Assembly (NCBI GenBank): GCA_030753015.1
Contig: JASMDC010000028.1
Location: forward strand, 1 to 44,408
Length of the DNA stretch: 44,408 bases
DNA from: Candidatus Undinarchaeales archaeon
GTDB taxonomy: Archaea > SpSt-1190 > JASMDC01
Direction: 5' to 3'
Notes under the pieces: generated by a model
What the model was told of the DNA's origin: nothing
Seen by the model: the letters and a program-made list of their open reading frames with translations, nothing else
Databases searched by the model: none
Shown: piece after piece, positions 1 through 10,400 of the stretch
Layout: every line of letters begins with the position of its first letter
How positions within the stretch are numbered: position 1 is the stretch's first letter
Program-made: the position numbers and the translations under genes

Positions 1-2269
1 AGGCATAGTGCGACGTGCAAGTCTTGGACGTGGCCACCAGGCAGACGCCGGTGGTGTCCGTGGGAGCCTCACGGTGGCAAGCGAAGCCCTGCGTGCATTG
101 GCAGTCTGCGAGACAGGGGCTCCCACCCAACACCTTCTCCTCTCCGATACAGGAGCCATGCACACAACATCCAGAGGCGCAATCGAAAGCACCGTCGCAT
201 GAGGCACCAAGTTCGCGCCGACAGCGACCACCGCCGCATGCCAGACCGTCGCGGCACTCGCAGTCCGCTCCACAGGGATCGTTCAACAGACCTGTGCCTT
301 TCTGGAAGCACATCCCGCCAGCACAGCAGCCCGACGCACAGTCCCCGTTCTGTTCACAGGCACCTTGTGATCCCGTGAGACATATACCCAGCCCATCGGC
401 GCAAGAGAGATCCTCGGTGCATTGACAATCGCGACCGCATGTTTCACCTCTCCCTTCACCGAGCCGGCACTCGCCAGCGCAGCAGATTCCCATACCACCA
501 CTGGATGTAAGACAGGGGCTTCCTTCGTGGTCGGAGCAGTCGCCGCACGTCTGAGGTACATGTGTCCCCTCGACATCGATGCAGGCGTCCAGGCTCGCGC
601 AATCATCGAACGAATCGCACGAGCTGGGACATACGCCATCAGTACAGGCGTACGCACTACATGAGACCGCGTCCTGACATTGGCGGTCGCGACAGATACC
701 CTGGCCGACGTTCGTGCAGCATGATGACCCCTCAGTCGAGCAGGTCCACGCAGGCCCGCTGTCCGAGATCGTGCAGACGGGAGCCCCCGAGCAGCTCGTC
801 GTCCCGCAGGCGTCACCGGCAGCCAGCTTGTGGTCGTTGTTCGTATCGCCGATGGTCGTGTAGACGCACGCACCACGGCAGCAGTAGCCGGTCCCATCGA
901 TTCCCGTACAGCGAACACCATCGATGGCACAGGGTCCGCAGGCGTCCGGGCCACCGTTGGCATTGGTATCGAAGCAAGATTCACCCGAGTCGCACTGTTC
1001 CACTGAGCTGCAGAGCTTCAGGCAGACTTTCGCGCCTTCCAGATCGACGCAGTGCTGGCCGGATGTGCAAGCGCCACCCACACCGCAGGGGGTCCGACAC
1101 GCGCCGGCCGCGCATGCATTGCTCCCACAGTCCTGTGGCGTGCCTGATGTGCAGGTCCCCGCGTCATCACACGAGCGCAGGCCTTCCTCAGTACAGCAAC
1201 CCTCTCCGGTGGACCCGCACGACCATGAACCGCCCGAGCATACGAGTGTCGCGGTACAGTCGCTATCACCACAGGGATCGATGCCCGAGTCAGCTCGACC
1301 ATCACTGTCAGCATCGGTCCACACGAGCCCCATAGTGGAACACTGGCCTCCACAGCAGTAACCCTGTCTGCCATTGTCGTCCAGGCAGGGAGCGCCGGGC
1401 TCATCGGTACACTCTCCACACCTTCCCGTACCATCGTCGTCCAGGTCAAGGCATTCCCATTCCTCACCCGGCTTGCATTGGGTGCCCGCCTTGCAGCTGT
1501 CATGGATGGTGAGAACGGGTGCGCCGGGTGCATCGTAGACGAGGGAGAGCCTCGTGGCGGGAGCAGAGCTGACCGCAGCACACGCATCACCTGTCGATGT
1601 GCACAGGGCCGTGACCGGCCATGTCCGGACATAGGTAGGTGAGACCGGTGTCACACGGAACGTTATCGTGTCCCAGTCTTCCTGTATCGCACGCTCGATG
1701 GCTGCGTCCACTTTCCGCAGAACCGTGCATGTCCCACTGCCCGTGCACGTCACATCGGCATCGGAGAGTGTACCGTCGTCACATCCTACTGCGGCAGAAG
1801 TGCAGGATCCACCTTCGCAGTAGTTGAGCACCACCGGGCTCTCAGCATGGCACTGTCCACCGGTCTCGGCCGGATGGCACGCATGCACGAGCGTGATAGT
1901 GGCTGCTCTGAATGGTCGGTGCTCCTTAAGCTCGAACACAAGCACGGCTTCTCGTTTGATCGCGCGCTCTTCACCGACACAGCAACTGGCGTTGGCCACT
2001 AGTTCTGGCGCACACGGGAGGCCTTCACCATGACGGCAGCATCCATCATACGCTTTACCGTCCTCGCACAGGGCATGGGGGATTATGTGGAATCCACCTA
2101 CGATAGCATGAGTGGCATCGGTGTCCGCGATGCCATCAGTCAAGCTTGCCGTACATAATGTACGGAGCCCCGCGGCGGGGATTAGAGCGATCACGAGGAT
2201 GATGAGCGCCAATGTGCTGCGCCACAAGCCGTGATCCCTTATCCGGTGATGTCTGGTTACGGTCAGCAT
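1..2269 (-). CDS. Secreted cysteine-rich repeat surface protein, partial (>756 aa, 3' end runs off the window)
   Basis: Absent from the ORF track because it has no in-window stop. I translated it by hand from ATG at 2269: MLTVTRHHRIRDHGLWRSTLALIILVIALIPAAG (signal-peptide-like). The frame stays open to base 1 with dense Cys repeats (CLDLDDDGTGRCGEC..GYCCGGQC; CFDTNANGGPDACGPC..GYCCRGAC; CGADCECRDGLACGGGRC; DCASGCC). The start overlaps the stop of the upstream gene (ATGCTGA). Confidence 0.9.
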   Translation of the reverse strand, partial: MLTVTRHHRIRDHGLWRSTLALIILVIALIPAAGLRTLCTASLTDGIADTDATHAIVGGFHIIPHALCEDGKAYDGCCRHGEGLPCAPELVANASCCVGEERAIKREAVLVFELKEHRPFRAATITLVHACHPAETGGQCHAESPVVLNYCEGGSCTSAAVGCDDGTLSDADVTCTGSGTCTVLRKVDAAIERAIQEDWDTITFRVTPVSPTYVRTWPVTALCTSTGDACAAVSSAPATRLSLVYDAPGAPVLTIHDSCKAGTQCKPGEEWECLDLDDDGTGRCGECTDEPGAPCLDDNGRQGYCCGGQCSTMGLVWTDADSDGRADSGIDPCGDSDCTATLVCSGGSWSCGSTGEGCCTEEGLRSCDDAGTCTSGTPQDCGSNACAAGACRTPCGVGGACTSGQHCVDLEGAKVCLKLCSSVEQCDSGESCFDTNANGGPDACGPCAIDGVRCTGIDGTGYCCRGACVYTTIGDTNNDHKLAAGDACGTTSCSGAPVCTISDSGPAWTCSTEGSSCCTNVGQGICRDRQCQDAVSCSAYACTDGVCPSSCDSFDDCASLDACIDVEGTHVPQTCGDCSDHEGSPCLTSSGGMGICCAGECRLGEGRGETCGRDCQCTEDLSCADGLGICLTGSQGACEQNGDCASGCCAGGMCFQKGTGLLNDPCGADCECRDGLACGGGRCRRELGASCDGAFDCASGCCVHGSCIGEEKVLGGSPCLADCQCTQGFACHREAPTDTTGVCLVATSKTCTSHYA

Positions 2270-4110
2270 GTCTCACACGCCTCCACGGTATCGATGGTCG
2301 TCCAGCCTTCCTTGTCCCGCACGGGACTGAAAGGCTGGAGGACAATTGTGTGCTCGTTCTCGCCAGGCGAGAGCACGACATGCTCCATCGAGGGAAGCAC
2401 CTTGAATCCGGGATTGCCCGAGTTATCCCTGGAAGGAAGACTCGCTATCACGTAGGTCCCCGAACGGACATGCGGGAAGCTGTACTTACCCTCCTCGTCG
2501 GCACGCGTCACGAAGACAAGGTCCTGGGCCTCCAGCGACGCGAGCACGATCTCAACATATCTAGGCGGGACGCCAGCGACGAAACCAAGGAGATCCGTAC
2601 CGGTCTCATGAGTAAGGCCAAGACAGGATTCCTCGGAACCCGCCACACAGAGCACCCTTCCCTGCCTAACGACCGTCCCGTTGAGCGACGCTGAAGACCT
2701 GAGGATGAGCCTTAGTTCCGCGTCCTCTCCCTCTGTAAGGCGGCGCCGTGTATCTATTCCGAAGCGACCGGTATCATGACGAGGTCGTATCGTGAGCGCT
2801 ACATCGCCACAGGGTACACCTGTGAACTCCTGGCCGTCCAGCTGTGAGGATGTACCGAGATCGAGGTCGCACCCCTCCACAGCAACGCTTTCTAACAAGG
2901 GAAGTCCGTCATCGGGATCGTCATCGTCCACAGTTAGTGTGAGCGAGCACTTCCCATCACACCCATCTCCGCTACTCGTGGATCCTGTTTGACGTTCTAT
3001 GGCCTGATTCTCGACTATCCTTGCTTGGAACACAGCATTGAACGAGAGGGGCGATACGACGCTCACGTCGTCGCCACCGACCACGCGGGCGCTCCTGCGC
3101 AGGTCCACAGCAGAGATGACTATCGGGAGGGTAAGGTTATAGTTCACGCGCCACGAACGTTGACACGTACCAAGGATGAAATCGATGCTCTCCTTGACTA
3201 CCTTGTTTGTATAACCGAACCGGTCCCTGAGAGCGAACTCGAGCTCGCCCATCACCGGGGCCATGCGCCACTGCAGCTCGGACTCTGTAAGGGTTTCGTT
3301 CCGCCGGATCTGTGACAGCACCTGGATGGCGACCAGCGAGGCGTCCTCGCCCATTGCGCTCCTGATCGTTGATCCAGGGATAGTGACGTTCCCACATTCA
3401 GCGGGTTCGCTCCCCTTTGGATTGGGGATACGCATGTCGTCTCCCATCACATCGAAGAGGCGGTCACGCACGGTCCGGTTCTCGATCAGGTAGGTGAACA
3501 CTGCGATCATCTGCTGTCGAAGGTGCTCAAGGCGTAGGTGTGCAGAAACGGCCGGTATGAGTGTCGTACGCTTTACCGTGTCCCGAGGCCTATACTCCAT
3601 CTCGATCTTCGCTTCTGATACGATGTTCGATTCGCTCATGCTGAGAGTGAACGATACCATGTTGAGCTTGAGCCCGAGCACTTCATGCTCAGGGAGTGAT
3701 TCGATTAGTTCGAGTTCTTGGCGAAGACGCACCTGTGTCTCTGTGCGTACGGCGGCCTCAACAGCATCATGTGATGGGATCTGGAGGATGACACCGTCAT
3801 GGAACCAGAATGGGATTCCAGAGAGCACGAGTGGCGGGACGTTCTCAGCGCGATAACCACCATGCGAGCCTATCTCTTTGGCGGCCGCATGAACGCTCTC
3901 TCGCAAGGACTCGTCCACGATCCGTGATAGTTGGAGGTCCGTGGTCCGCTCGTCATCTAGGCGGTTACGGTCCGATTCCGTTTGCCGCTCGATGGCCCGG
4001 TTGCGCATCGTACCCATAATGACCGTGAACACAACGAGGACAAAGGCCAGCATCGCAATGAGCGCCATCTGACCACGCTTGACCGAACACGATGTGACAT
4101 GACACCTCAT
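2263..4110 (-). CDS. Large type IV pilin-like protein with class III signal peptide and C-terminal carboxypeptidase-regulatory/Ig-like domain
   Basis: N-terminus KRG|QMALIAMLAFVLVVFTVIMG matches the archaeal prepilin peptidase (PibD/FlaK) motif. The segment IGSHGGY...IPFW...IPS resembles large DPANN pilin-like proteins. C-terminal TRADEEGKYSFPHVRSGTYVI resembles a carboxypeptidase-regulatory-like domain. ATGA overlap with the upstream gene. Confidence 0.75.
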   Translation of the reverse strand: MRCHVTSCSVKRGQMALIAMLAFVLVVFTVIMGTMRNRAIERQTESDRNRLDDERTTDLQLSRIVDESLRESVHAAAKEIGSHGGYRAENVPPLVLSGIPFWFHDGVILQIPSHDAVEAAVRTETQVRLRQELELIESLPEHEVLGLKLNMVSFTLSMSESNIVSEAKIEMEYRPRDTVKRTTLIPAVSAHLRLEHLRQQMIAVFTYLIENRTVRDRLFDVMGDDMRIPNPKGSEPAECGNVTIPGSTIRSAMGEDASLVAIQVLSQIRRNETLTESELQWRMAPVMGELEFALRDRFGYTNKVVKESIDFILGTCQRSWRVNYNLTLPIVISAVDLRRSARVVGGDDVSVVSPLSFNAVFQARIVENQAIERQTGSTSSGDGCDGKCSLTLTVDDDDPDDGLPLLESVAVEGCDLDLGTSSQLDGQEFTGVPCGDVALTIRPRHDTGRFGIDTRRRLTEGEDAELRLILRSSASLNGTVVRQGRVLCVAGSEESCLGLTHETGTDLLGFVAGVPPRYVEIVLASLEAQDLVFVTRADEEGKYSFPHVRSGTYVIASLPSRDNSGNPGFKVLPSMEHVVLSPGENEHTIVLQPFSPVRDKEGWTTIDTVEACETC

Positions 4111-7100
4111 GTGACCACCACCTTGTCAGCGACCTTTCGTAGGACAAGGTCGCCGGTCTGGATGGATGCGGCCATGGCGTACGTCCCTGGCCGAATGGAG
4201 AGCCCGGTGAACACGCACTCCTTCTTAGTCTCATCAGCTTCCAAGAGGCAATGATAGACATCGGGCATCTCGGGATGACCGCGCACCAGCTCGAACACCA
4301 AACGGGTGTCCGGTGGCCATGAGCGCTTTGATGTGCTCACCTGGAGGACTGCGAAATCCCGGCCCACGCGGTACTCTCCGATCACGGCACCGTAGGCGGT
4401 CTCACCTGCACGAAGGGGTTCACACCCTTTCGTTTCCGAGCCCTTCGGATAGAGGAAGTAAGTGGGATTCCCACGAACGGCGAGCAACGCCTCGTCGCTC
4501 ACGACTCCAGGTATGGATACGTTCACAACCAATGAACGCTGAACGAACACCGGAGGATTACAGAACGCAATGTTCCGCACCGTAGCGCGTACTCCGGCAG
4601 GAGTGCTGATGAGTGCGACATCCTCCCAGTCGAAGGTTACTTCCTGATCCGGGAGCATCTCGTCACCATCGGGTCCGTGAAGGAGGCCTCCTCTGTTGAT
4701 GATGGTGATTTCCAGATTCCGGAGGTCGTTCCCGGTCAGCCGCTTCATGTTTAGGTTGATATCAAGGTCGAAACCCAAGCTCGTCTCAATCTGATAGATG
4801 TAAGACCGGGGCTCGAAGGACACGATCTCCAGCGTGGGTCTCTCCTTGACGTAGATGCGGACCTCCGGTATCTCCATGGAACCTTCCCTGCCTAGGTCCG
4901 ATACTGCGAGTGTGAGTTGCGTGAGGTTATATTCCCCCATGTCCTTACCTAGGTTCTCGGGAGTGGCATTTCGCAGGAGGACGTCCACCTCCCAATAATC
5001 CTTACTCGGTTCGAATGAGACCCCGCTCACCTCGAGCGGTACTTCGCCGATGGTGGCGTGGAAAGCACTCTGAGGAAGGTCATCCACCGTCGAACCCTCG
5101 TCATCCACCACGGTCAGAAGGAGGCGCCGCGTGGAACCGTACTTCAGGTCATCATGGTCGAGCGTCATCTGCAGTCGCCCCAGCGGGGTCACCAGGAAGC
5201 TCGTTGCATCGTTCCATACCTCGAAAGGCCGCATTGCCAACCATACCTCGCCCTGTGCGGAGAAGCGAATGTAGGCCTTGTATGACCCTGGTTCGAGCTC
5301 GGTGCGGACGAAGAAGCCGAACCGCCACACTCCGCTGCCTTCGTGGTCGTGCGTCCGTGCACGATACTCCGTACCCCTGATGATGAGAGTAGCATCGGCA
5401 CCCTCGGTCAGGGGTTCGTCCTTGTACCGAAGACTGGTCTCGACCTCGATAACGGTGCCCTGGACCAGCTGTCCGATCCGCTCATGGTCCGGATCGAGCT
5501 CACGGACACGGGCTAGGAGGGAGGGTGGGCCACAGCCATCATGCGTGCATAGCTCACCGTAATAGCACACGTCCACAGTGCTCTCATCAGTGTCGAGACA
5601 GGAACAGGATGTCTTCGAGCAGATGTTCCCCTCATGGAGGCATGGCAGGAAGAGGAAGCCCGCGCGTACGATGCACATACCAGCGGACGTGTCAACGACG
5701 ACCTGAGAGCCCTCAATACACCCATCCTTTGTACATGTCGCACCAGGAAGACAGACATGGTCGCGGGTAGGGATTTCGGGGCCGTTCGTGCAAAGACAGT
5801 AAGGCATGTCCTGGGGACCAGGGGAGCATTTCTTGCCAACGTCTAAGCATGGGACACCGATGTCCTTCGCGAGCATGAGCAGGCCCTTGCGACATACCTC
5901 CCGCAACCGGTCCACGTGCTCCACGCGCTCGATCCGTACCGATGTTCTCCGTGTCCCACGGAGCGCAGGACCCTGGTAAACCTCGACATCGAGCGTGTAA
6001 ACACCAGAGGGGACGGTATCAGGAATGTCCAGGAAGAAACCTGTACAAGGTTCCCGCGGAGCGCTGGAGGCGTACACGGTCCCTACATGATCACGAACGT
6101 AGGCCGCGCATTCAGCGGTAAGGCCCGGGAAGCTCACCCGGATCGACTCCTCTGTCGTGTACACCTGTTTATCGGTGAACGGTGCCTCCTCTTCGACGGC
6201 ACGTGCGGTCACGATCCGGAAGCGTCGTGAGACCGTGGCCGAGCCCAGGAGCGTGTGTGATGCCTGTAAAAGGACCAGATTGTCTCCAAGGGCGTAGTCG
6301 CCAGTGTTGATTCCAATCTCGGACCGATCGAAATCGTCCGCTTGATGACGGTCCACTTCGTTGAGCTCCGGACCAAGCACTGTGACCGTGGTCTTCACCT
6401 CGGCTTCCTCAGTAGCAAGAACTGCCACGAAGGATTCACCGGAAACAAGGGTCCCTGATGGACGGAGGGTGGAGAGAGTGAGGTTGACGAATGATGACGT
6501 AGTCTGTATCTCCAAGGATGATGAACTATAATCGGCCCTGATGGTCTCACCATCGATACTGATCGCCAGTGTCTGAAGCACATAATTGGTCGCAGGAACC
6601 CATGCCTGATTTGCGACGAGATAGACCGGCCCACATCCCACGGTCGCGGTCGAGAACACTGTTTCCTCACCACGGACTACTCGTATCAGGCACGAAGTGG
6701 GTTCGGCACCGCTTGTGTCCACGATGATGGGCGTGTACAGACCATGGGCTACTTGAGATGCGTGGTTCACGTCCGAGATAGTAAGCCCCGTTTCGATAGG
6801 GATCGTCAATTGGGCACGCACTCGTCCGCCCGTGCCTGTGTTGGTTGCAGAGATTGACCGTCCGAACGCCACGACCCTCTCATCCCACTGGAATGTCAGT
6901 GATGGAAAGAGCAGGTGTACAAGTGGTCGATAGTCAAGGTCGAGCGTGAGCTCGCCCGGTACAACTGACATATCATCAATGAAACGTGATGCATCGGCAA
7001 GAATCAGATGCCCATAGAGCGTCCGTTTGTCGGAACGGTAGGTCGCGTAGCAAAACTCCACAGCGAAGTGCTCACGTGCTGTCATGCAGACCATCCTCTG

Positions 7101-7334
7101 GAGCATTTCCTCTGATGGAGAGTCGAGGATCGTTACGAGGTCATCCTGACCGATTATCATGGTAAAAGCCACATCAACACGGCCAATGTCGAGGATCGTG
7201 GCCGTACCCGTGCCGCAGCTGCCCTCGACCCCATTGCACAAGGATGTCACAGGATTGAGGATCATCCAAAGAGCGATGATCACACAGGTCACTGCGGTCC
7301 TCGCGGATGCCCTTGGCCACTCCTCCGTCTTCAC
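4107..7334 (-). CDS. Large secreted multi-Ig-like protein with a duplicated internal Cys-rich module (~1075 aa)
   Basis: Long ORF with a hydrophobic N-terminal segment (TAVTCVIIALWMILNP) and beta-rich segments. Two similar Cys modules end CLPGATCTKDGC and CYYGELCTHDGC. No C-terminal TM helix. Start moved from 7391 to GTG 7334 because a TTATAA box lies at 7361-7366. Confidence 0.8.
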   Translation of the reverse strand: MKTEEWPRASARTAVTCVIIALWMILNPVTSLCNGVEGSCGTGTATILDIGRVDVAFTMIIGQDDLVTILDSPSEEMLQRMVCMTAREHFAVEFCYATYRSDKRTLYGHLILADASRFIDDMSVVPGELTLDLDYRPLVHLLFPSLTFQWDERVVAFGRSISATNTGTGGRVRAQLTIPIETGLTISDVNHASQVAHGLYTPIIVDTSGAEPTSCLIRVVRGEETVFSTATVGCGPVYLVANQAWVPATNYVLQTLAISIDGETIRADYSSSSLEIQTTSSFVNLTLSTLRPSGTLVSGESFVAVLATEEAEVKTTVTVLGPELNEVDRHQADDFDRSEIGINTGDYALGDNLVLLQASHTLLGSATVSRRFRIVTARAVEEEAPFTDKQVYTTEESIRVSFPGLTAECAAYVRDHVGTVYASSAPREPCTGFFLDIPDTVPSGVYTLDVEVYQGPALRGTRRTSVRIERVEHVDRLREVCRKGLLMLAKDIGVPCLDVGKKCSPGPQDMPYCLCTNGPEIPTRDHVCLPGATCTKDGCIEGSQVVVDTSAGMCIVRAGFLFLPCLHEGNICSKTSCSCLDTDESTVDVCYYGELCTHDGCGPPSLLARVRELDPDHERIGQLVQGTVIEVETSLRYKDEPLTEGADATLIIRGTEYRARTHDHEGSGVWRFGFFVRTELEPGSYKAYIRFSAQGEVWLAMRPFEVWNDATSFLVTPLGRLQMTLDHDDLKYGSTRRLLLTVVDDEGSTVDDLPQSAFHATIGEVPLEVSGVSFEPSKDYWEVDVLLRNATPENLGKDMGEYNLTQLTLAVSDLGREGSMEIPEVRIYVKERPTLEIVSFEPRSYIYQIETSLGFDLDINLNMKRLTGNDLRNLEITIINRGGLLHGPDGDEMLPDQEVTFDWEDVALISTPAGVRATVRNIAFCNPPVFVQRSLVVNVSIPGVVSDEALLAVRGNPTYFLYPKGSETKGCEPLRAGETAYGAVIGEYRVGRDFAVLQVSTSKRSWPPDTRLVFELVRGHPEMPDVYHCLLEADETKKECVFTGLSIRPGTYAMAASIQTGDLVLRKVADKVVVT

Positions 7335-7358
7335 TGTGTTATTCTTAACTGCATTACC

Positions 7359-7368
7359 TCTTATAAGG
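7359..7368 (-). promoter_or_regulatory. Putative archaeal TATA box for the 7334-4110-2269 operon
   Basis: CCTTATAAGA on the minus strand, ~27 bp upstream of GTG 7334, in a GC-rich background. Confidence 0.55.
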
Positions 7369-7460
7369 TTGCTGCCCGGCCCAGTACCCACTCATTATAT
7401 CGTCGATGACGTGCGGGAGCCCGACACCGCGTGCACCGGGCCCCCGTCGGGTGTGTCCTT

Positions 7461-10400
7461 TCAGGGTCTCTTCTTCGTCGGGCCACGGAGCATCATGAGG
7501 CTCAAAGCACCCACGACGAGCGCAGCACCGATGGCCACCGGCAGGAGGTTGCGGCTCTGCGGTGAGATGGACACCAGTGCCTTGGCGAGCTCTGCTTCCC
7601 GCTTGGCCTTGTCGAGGGTTCCTTCACCCTCCTCAAGCTTCTCTTCGGCCACTACGTACCGCTGGTCGTTGAAGTTCCGCTTCATCTGGAGGGAGGAGAC
7701 TATGGCCTTCCGCAAGTAGAGGCGAGCGGTCATGGGATCCACCTCCATGCGCTGGAGCTCGAGGATGGTGCTCTCCACGGTGCTAAGGTCCGTCTCGAAC
7801 TCGTCCATCTTATCCTGCAACGTGTCCACATCGTACTTGACAGAGATGGTTACCTCCTTGGCGATCGAGTTCACGCCGGACTTGGCCCTAATTGTGGCCG
7901 AGTACTCACCGAACAACAGGTCCGATGGGATCGTCACTGAGTTCTCCTCGGCCCGCTCCCCGGCGCCATCTATCGAGACGCTCTTGGCGTTCCAACCAAG
8001 GATCGAGGAATCAAGGTTCTCAGGCATAGCGACCTGCACCTCGATCGTGGCTGTGCTGTCCAGTGTATTGGCGAGCTTCACCGAGAAAGTGCCGCTCCCG
8101 CCCTGGGCCAGTTCGAGCCGTGTCGGTATCAGTTCCAGACTGAACGAGAGCGGCGGCCTCAGATCACGCATCGGAAGGTTCTTACAGTACGAGGTGTCCG
8201 CGGGATCGCACACCTGGACCTGCATCTTCTTCTCGATGCCGAAGGCGTTACACGCGATGGTGAGAACACCTGCCCTATCGGGCTTGAAGTTCATGGTGCA
8301 TCTACCGCCTTCTAGCGTGCACGACAGCTCCTGGGCAGGCTCCTCGCCCCATGCCGATGAGCACGACACAGTTCCAGCGCGCTTGCTCCGGATGGTTATG
8401 GGGATGTCGTCGCCGATGAAGAACGCCTCGCGCTCCACGATACGGAAGTCCAGAGGGCGGCTCGCGGGGTCTACCGGGTCAGTGCCGGCCTTGACCTCCT
8501 CCTTGTCGGAGTAGCCGTCTCCGTCTGTGTCCCATGATGTGGGATTGGTCCCGTACTGGAACTCCTCGAGGTTCGAGAGCCCATCGAGATCAGCGTCCTC
8601 CGACGGATCGTCCACACCGTGCATCCTCTCCCAACCGTCGTCCATACCATCGTTGTCCTCGTCCACACGGAGGGTAGGTGCCCCGGTCGGGTGGCTTCTG
8701 CGGTCAACGGGATCGGTCCCACGCTCGGCCTCGTCCTGGTCGGAATAGCCATCGCCGTCAGAGTCCCAGGTCGTGGGGGGGGTCCCCTGCTGGAACTCCT
8801 GGAGGTTAGTAAGGCCGTCCAGGTCAGGATCACCGGCGGGATCGGTCACACCATAGAACGATTCCCACCCGTCGTCCATGCCATCACCATCTTCGTCCTT
8901 CTGTAGCTTTGGCGGTGTGACGGGTCTGCTCCTCGGATCGATCGGGTCCGTACCCGCCTCGACCTCGTGGCCATCGGAATAGCCGTCCCCATCGGAATCC
9001 CATGCTCCGGGATCAGTCCCATGGAGGAAGTCATCGAGGTTGTTAAGGCCGTCCATGTCAGGATCAGCAGCCGGATCATCGACATCGTAGTGCTTCTCCC
9101 AGCCATCGTCCATACCATCACCGTCATCATCCTTGACGATAACCGGTGGAAGCGGCGGTCGGCTCTTCGGATCGATGGGGTCCGTGCCGGCATCGACCTC
9201 ATTCCCATCGGAGAATCCATCGCTATCAGAGTCCCAGACCGTAGGCTTAGTCCCCTTCTTGAACTCGTCGAGATTGGTAAGGCCATCAAGGTCAGGATCC
9301 TCAGCGGGATCTGACACGCCATGCTGCTTCTCCCAACCATCGTCCATGCCATCGTTATCGTCGTCGATCCTCACCTTTGGAGCACCGGGTGGTCGGCTGA
9401 TCGGGTCGAGCGGATTCGTGCCCGACTCCACCTCATCGAGGTCCGAGTAACCGTCATCATCGGTGTCCCACTTCGTGGGATTGGTACGGCGCTGGAACTC
9501 CTGAAGGTTGGAGAGACCATCAAGGTCGGGATCGGCCGCAGGATCGGAGACTCCGTAGTACTTCTCCCATCCGTCGTCCATACCGTCACCATCGGTATCG
9601 ATCCCGGGCTCAGGCCAGTCGGGATCGAGCGGATCATCGAACGGGAACTCGATCTGGAACGGGTTCTCGTCGACGAATATGATCTTCGGTCTGCAGCAAC
9701 TCTCACCCTCTGCGCAGGATGTCACGGGCCGATAGTAGGCCTTACTGACACATGCCCTCAATGTGTGGGCCGGTTCGACTATGTCCACGTCTGCCGGGAT
9801 ACGTACACGGCCCTCATTGAACTGAACCTCGTTACCGTCAAGGGTGAACGTCGCCTTGAGGTCGGTCACAGGTTGACCCTCGCCGTCAACGGCGTTGAGG
9901 GTCGCGATGACCTGGTCTCCAGCGAAGGTGGAGAGCGGGTCCACGGTCCAGGACAGGTCCAGGATCGTATAGATGGTCACAGTCTTCTCCAGTGTGGCCT
10001 TGTTACCCTCCTTGTCCGCAGTGACCTTCAGGGTGTGCTCACCCAGCGTATCCAGCTTTAGGGTCGTAGTATAGCCGAGCGTCGGGTCCTCGGTGAGAGT
10101 GACCGAGGAGTCGCCAACCGTTACGGTCACGGTTGCACCGGTGATGTGATCGAGCTTGTCATCAAGCACATCCACGAACACAGGGAACTCCTCTCCGCGC
10201 CGGTACTCATCGCCGATCATTGCATCGATGGCCATGTCGATGACGTTGACAGGTCCTGGCGGTACACAGCCGACACCGGACTCGCAGAGCTTGCCCGTCG
10301 CCGAGCAGTGGACCCACTTCTCGGCATCGTCCTGGATGCATCGGTTGCTCTCCGTGTCACAGTGATTAGTGACATAGTAGAGGTCCTGGGCGGCCATCGC

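Noticed and set aside
8-2033. Many short ORFs on both strands (e.g. 15-425 +, 283-984 -, 562-1335 +, 1018-1632 -)
   Set aside because: They are antisense or alternate-frame shadows of the long Cys-rich minus-strand gene starting at 2269. Their His/Gln/Ser or Arg/Ala-rich composition is what GC-rich Cys-coding DNA gives in other frames.
2263-4110. Stop-codon readthrough or recoding joining the 7334, 4110 and 2269 genes into one protein
   Set aside because: The junctions are out-of-frame start/stop overlaps, and each downstream gene has its own N-terminal export signal.
7420-7451. CCCGAC...GTCGGG inverted repeat after the giant gene's stop, as a possible terminator
   Set aside because: The stem is only 6 bp with a ~20-nt loop and no U-tract, so it is not distinguishable from chance in GC-rich sequence.
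8452-9602. Regularly spaced DNA repeats as a possible CRISPR array or DGR
   Set aside because: The period is 234 bp, the repeats are in frame within a CDS and diverge at synonymous sites. There are no unique spacers, cas genes or reverse transcriptase.
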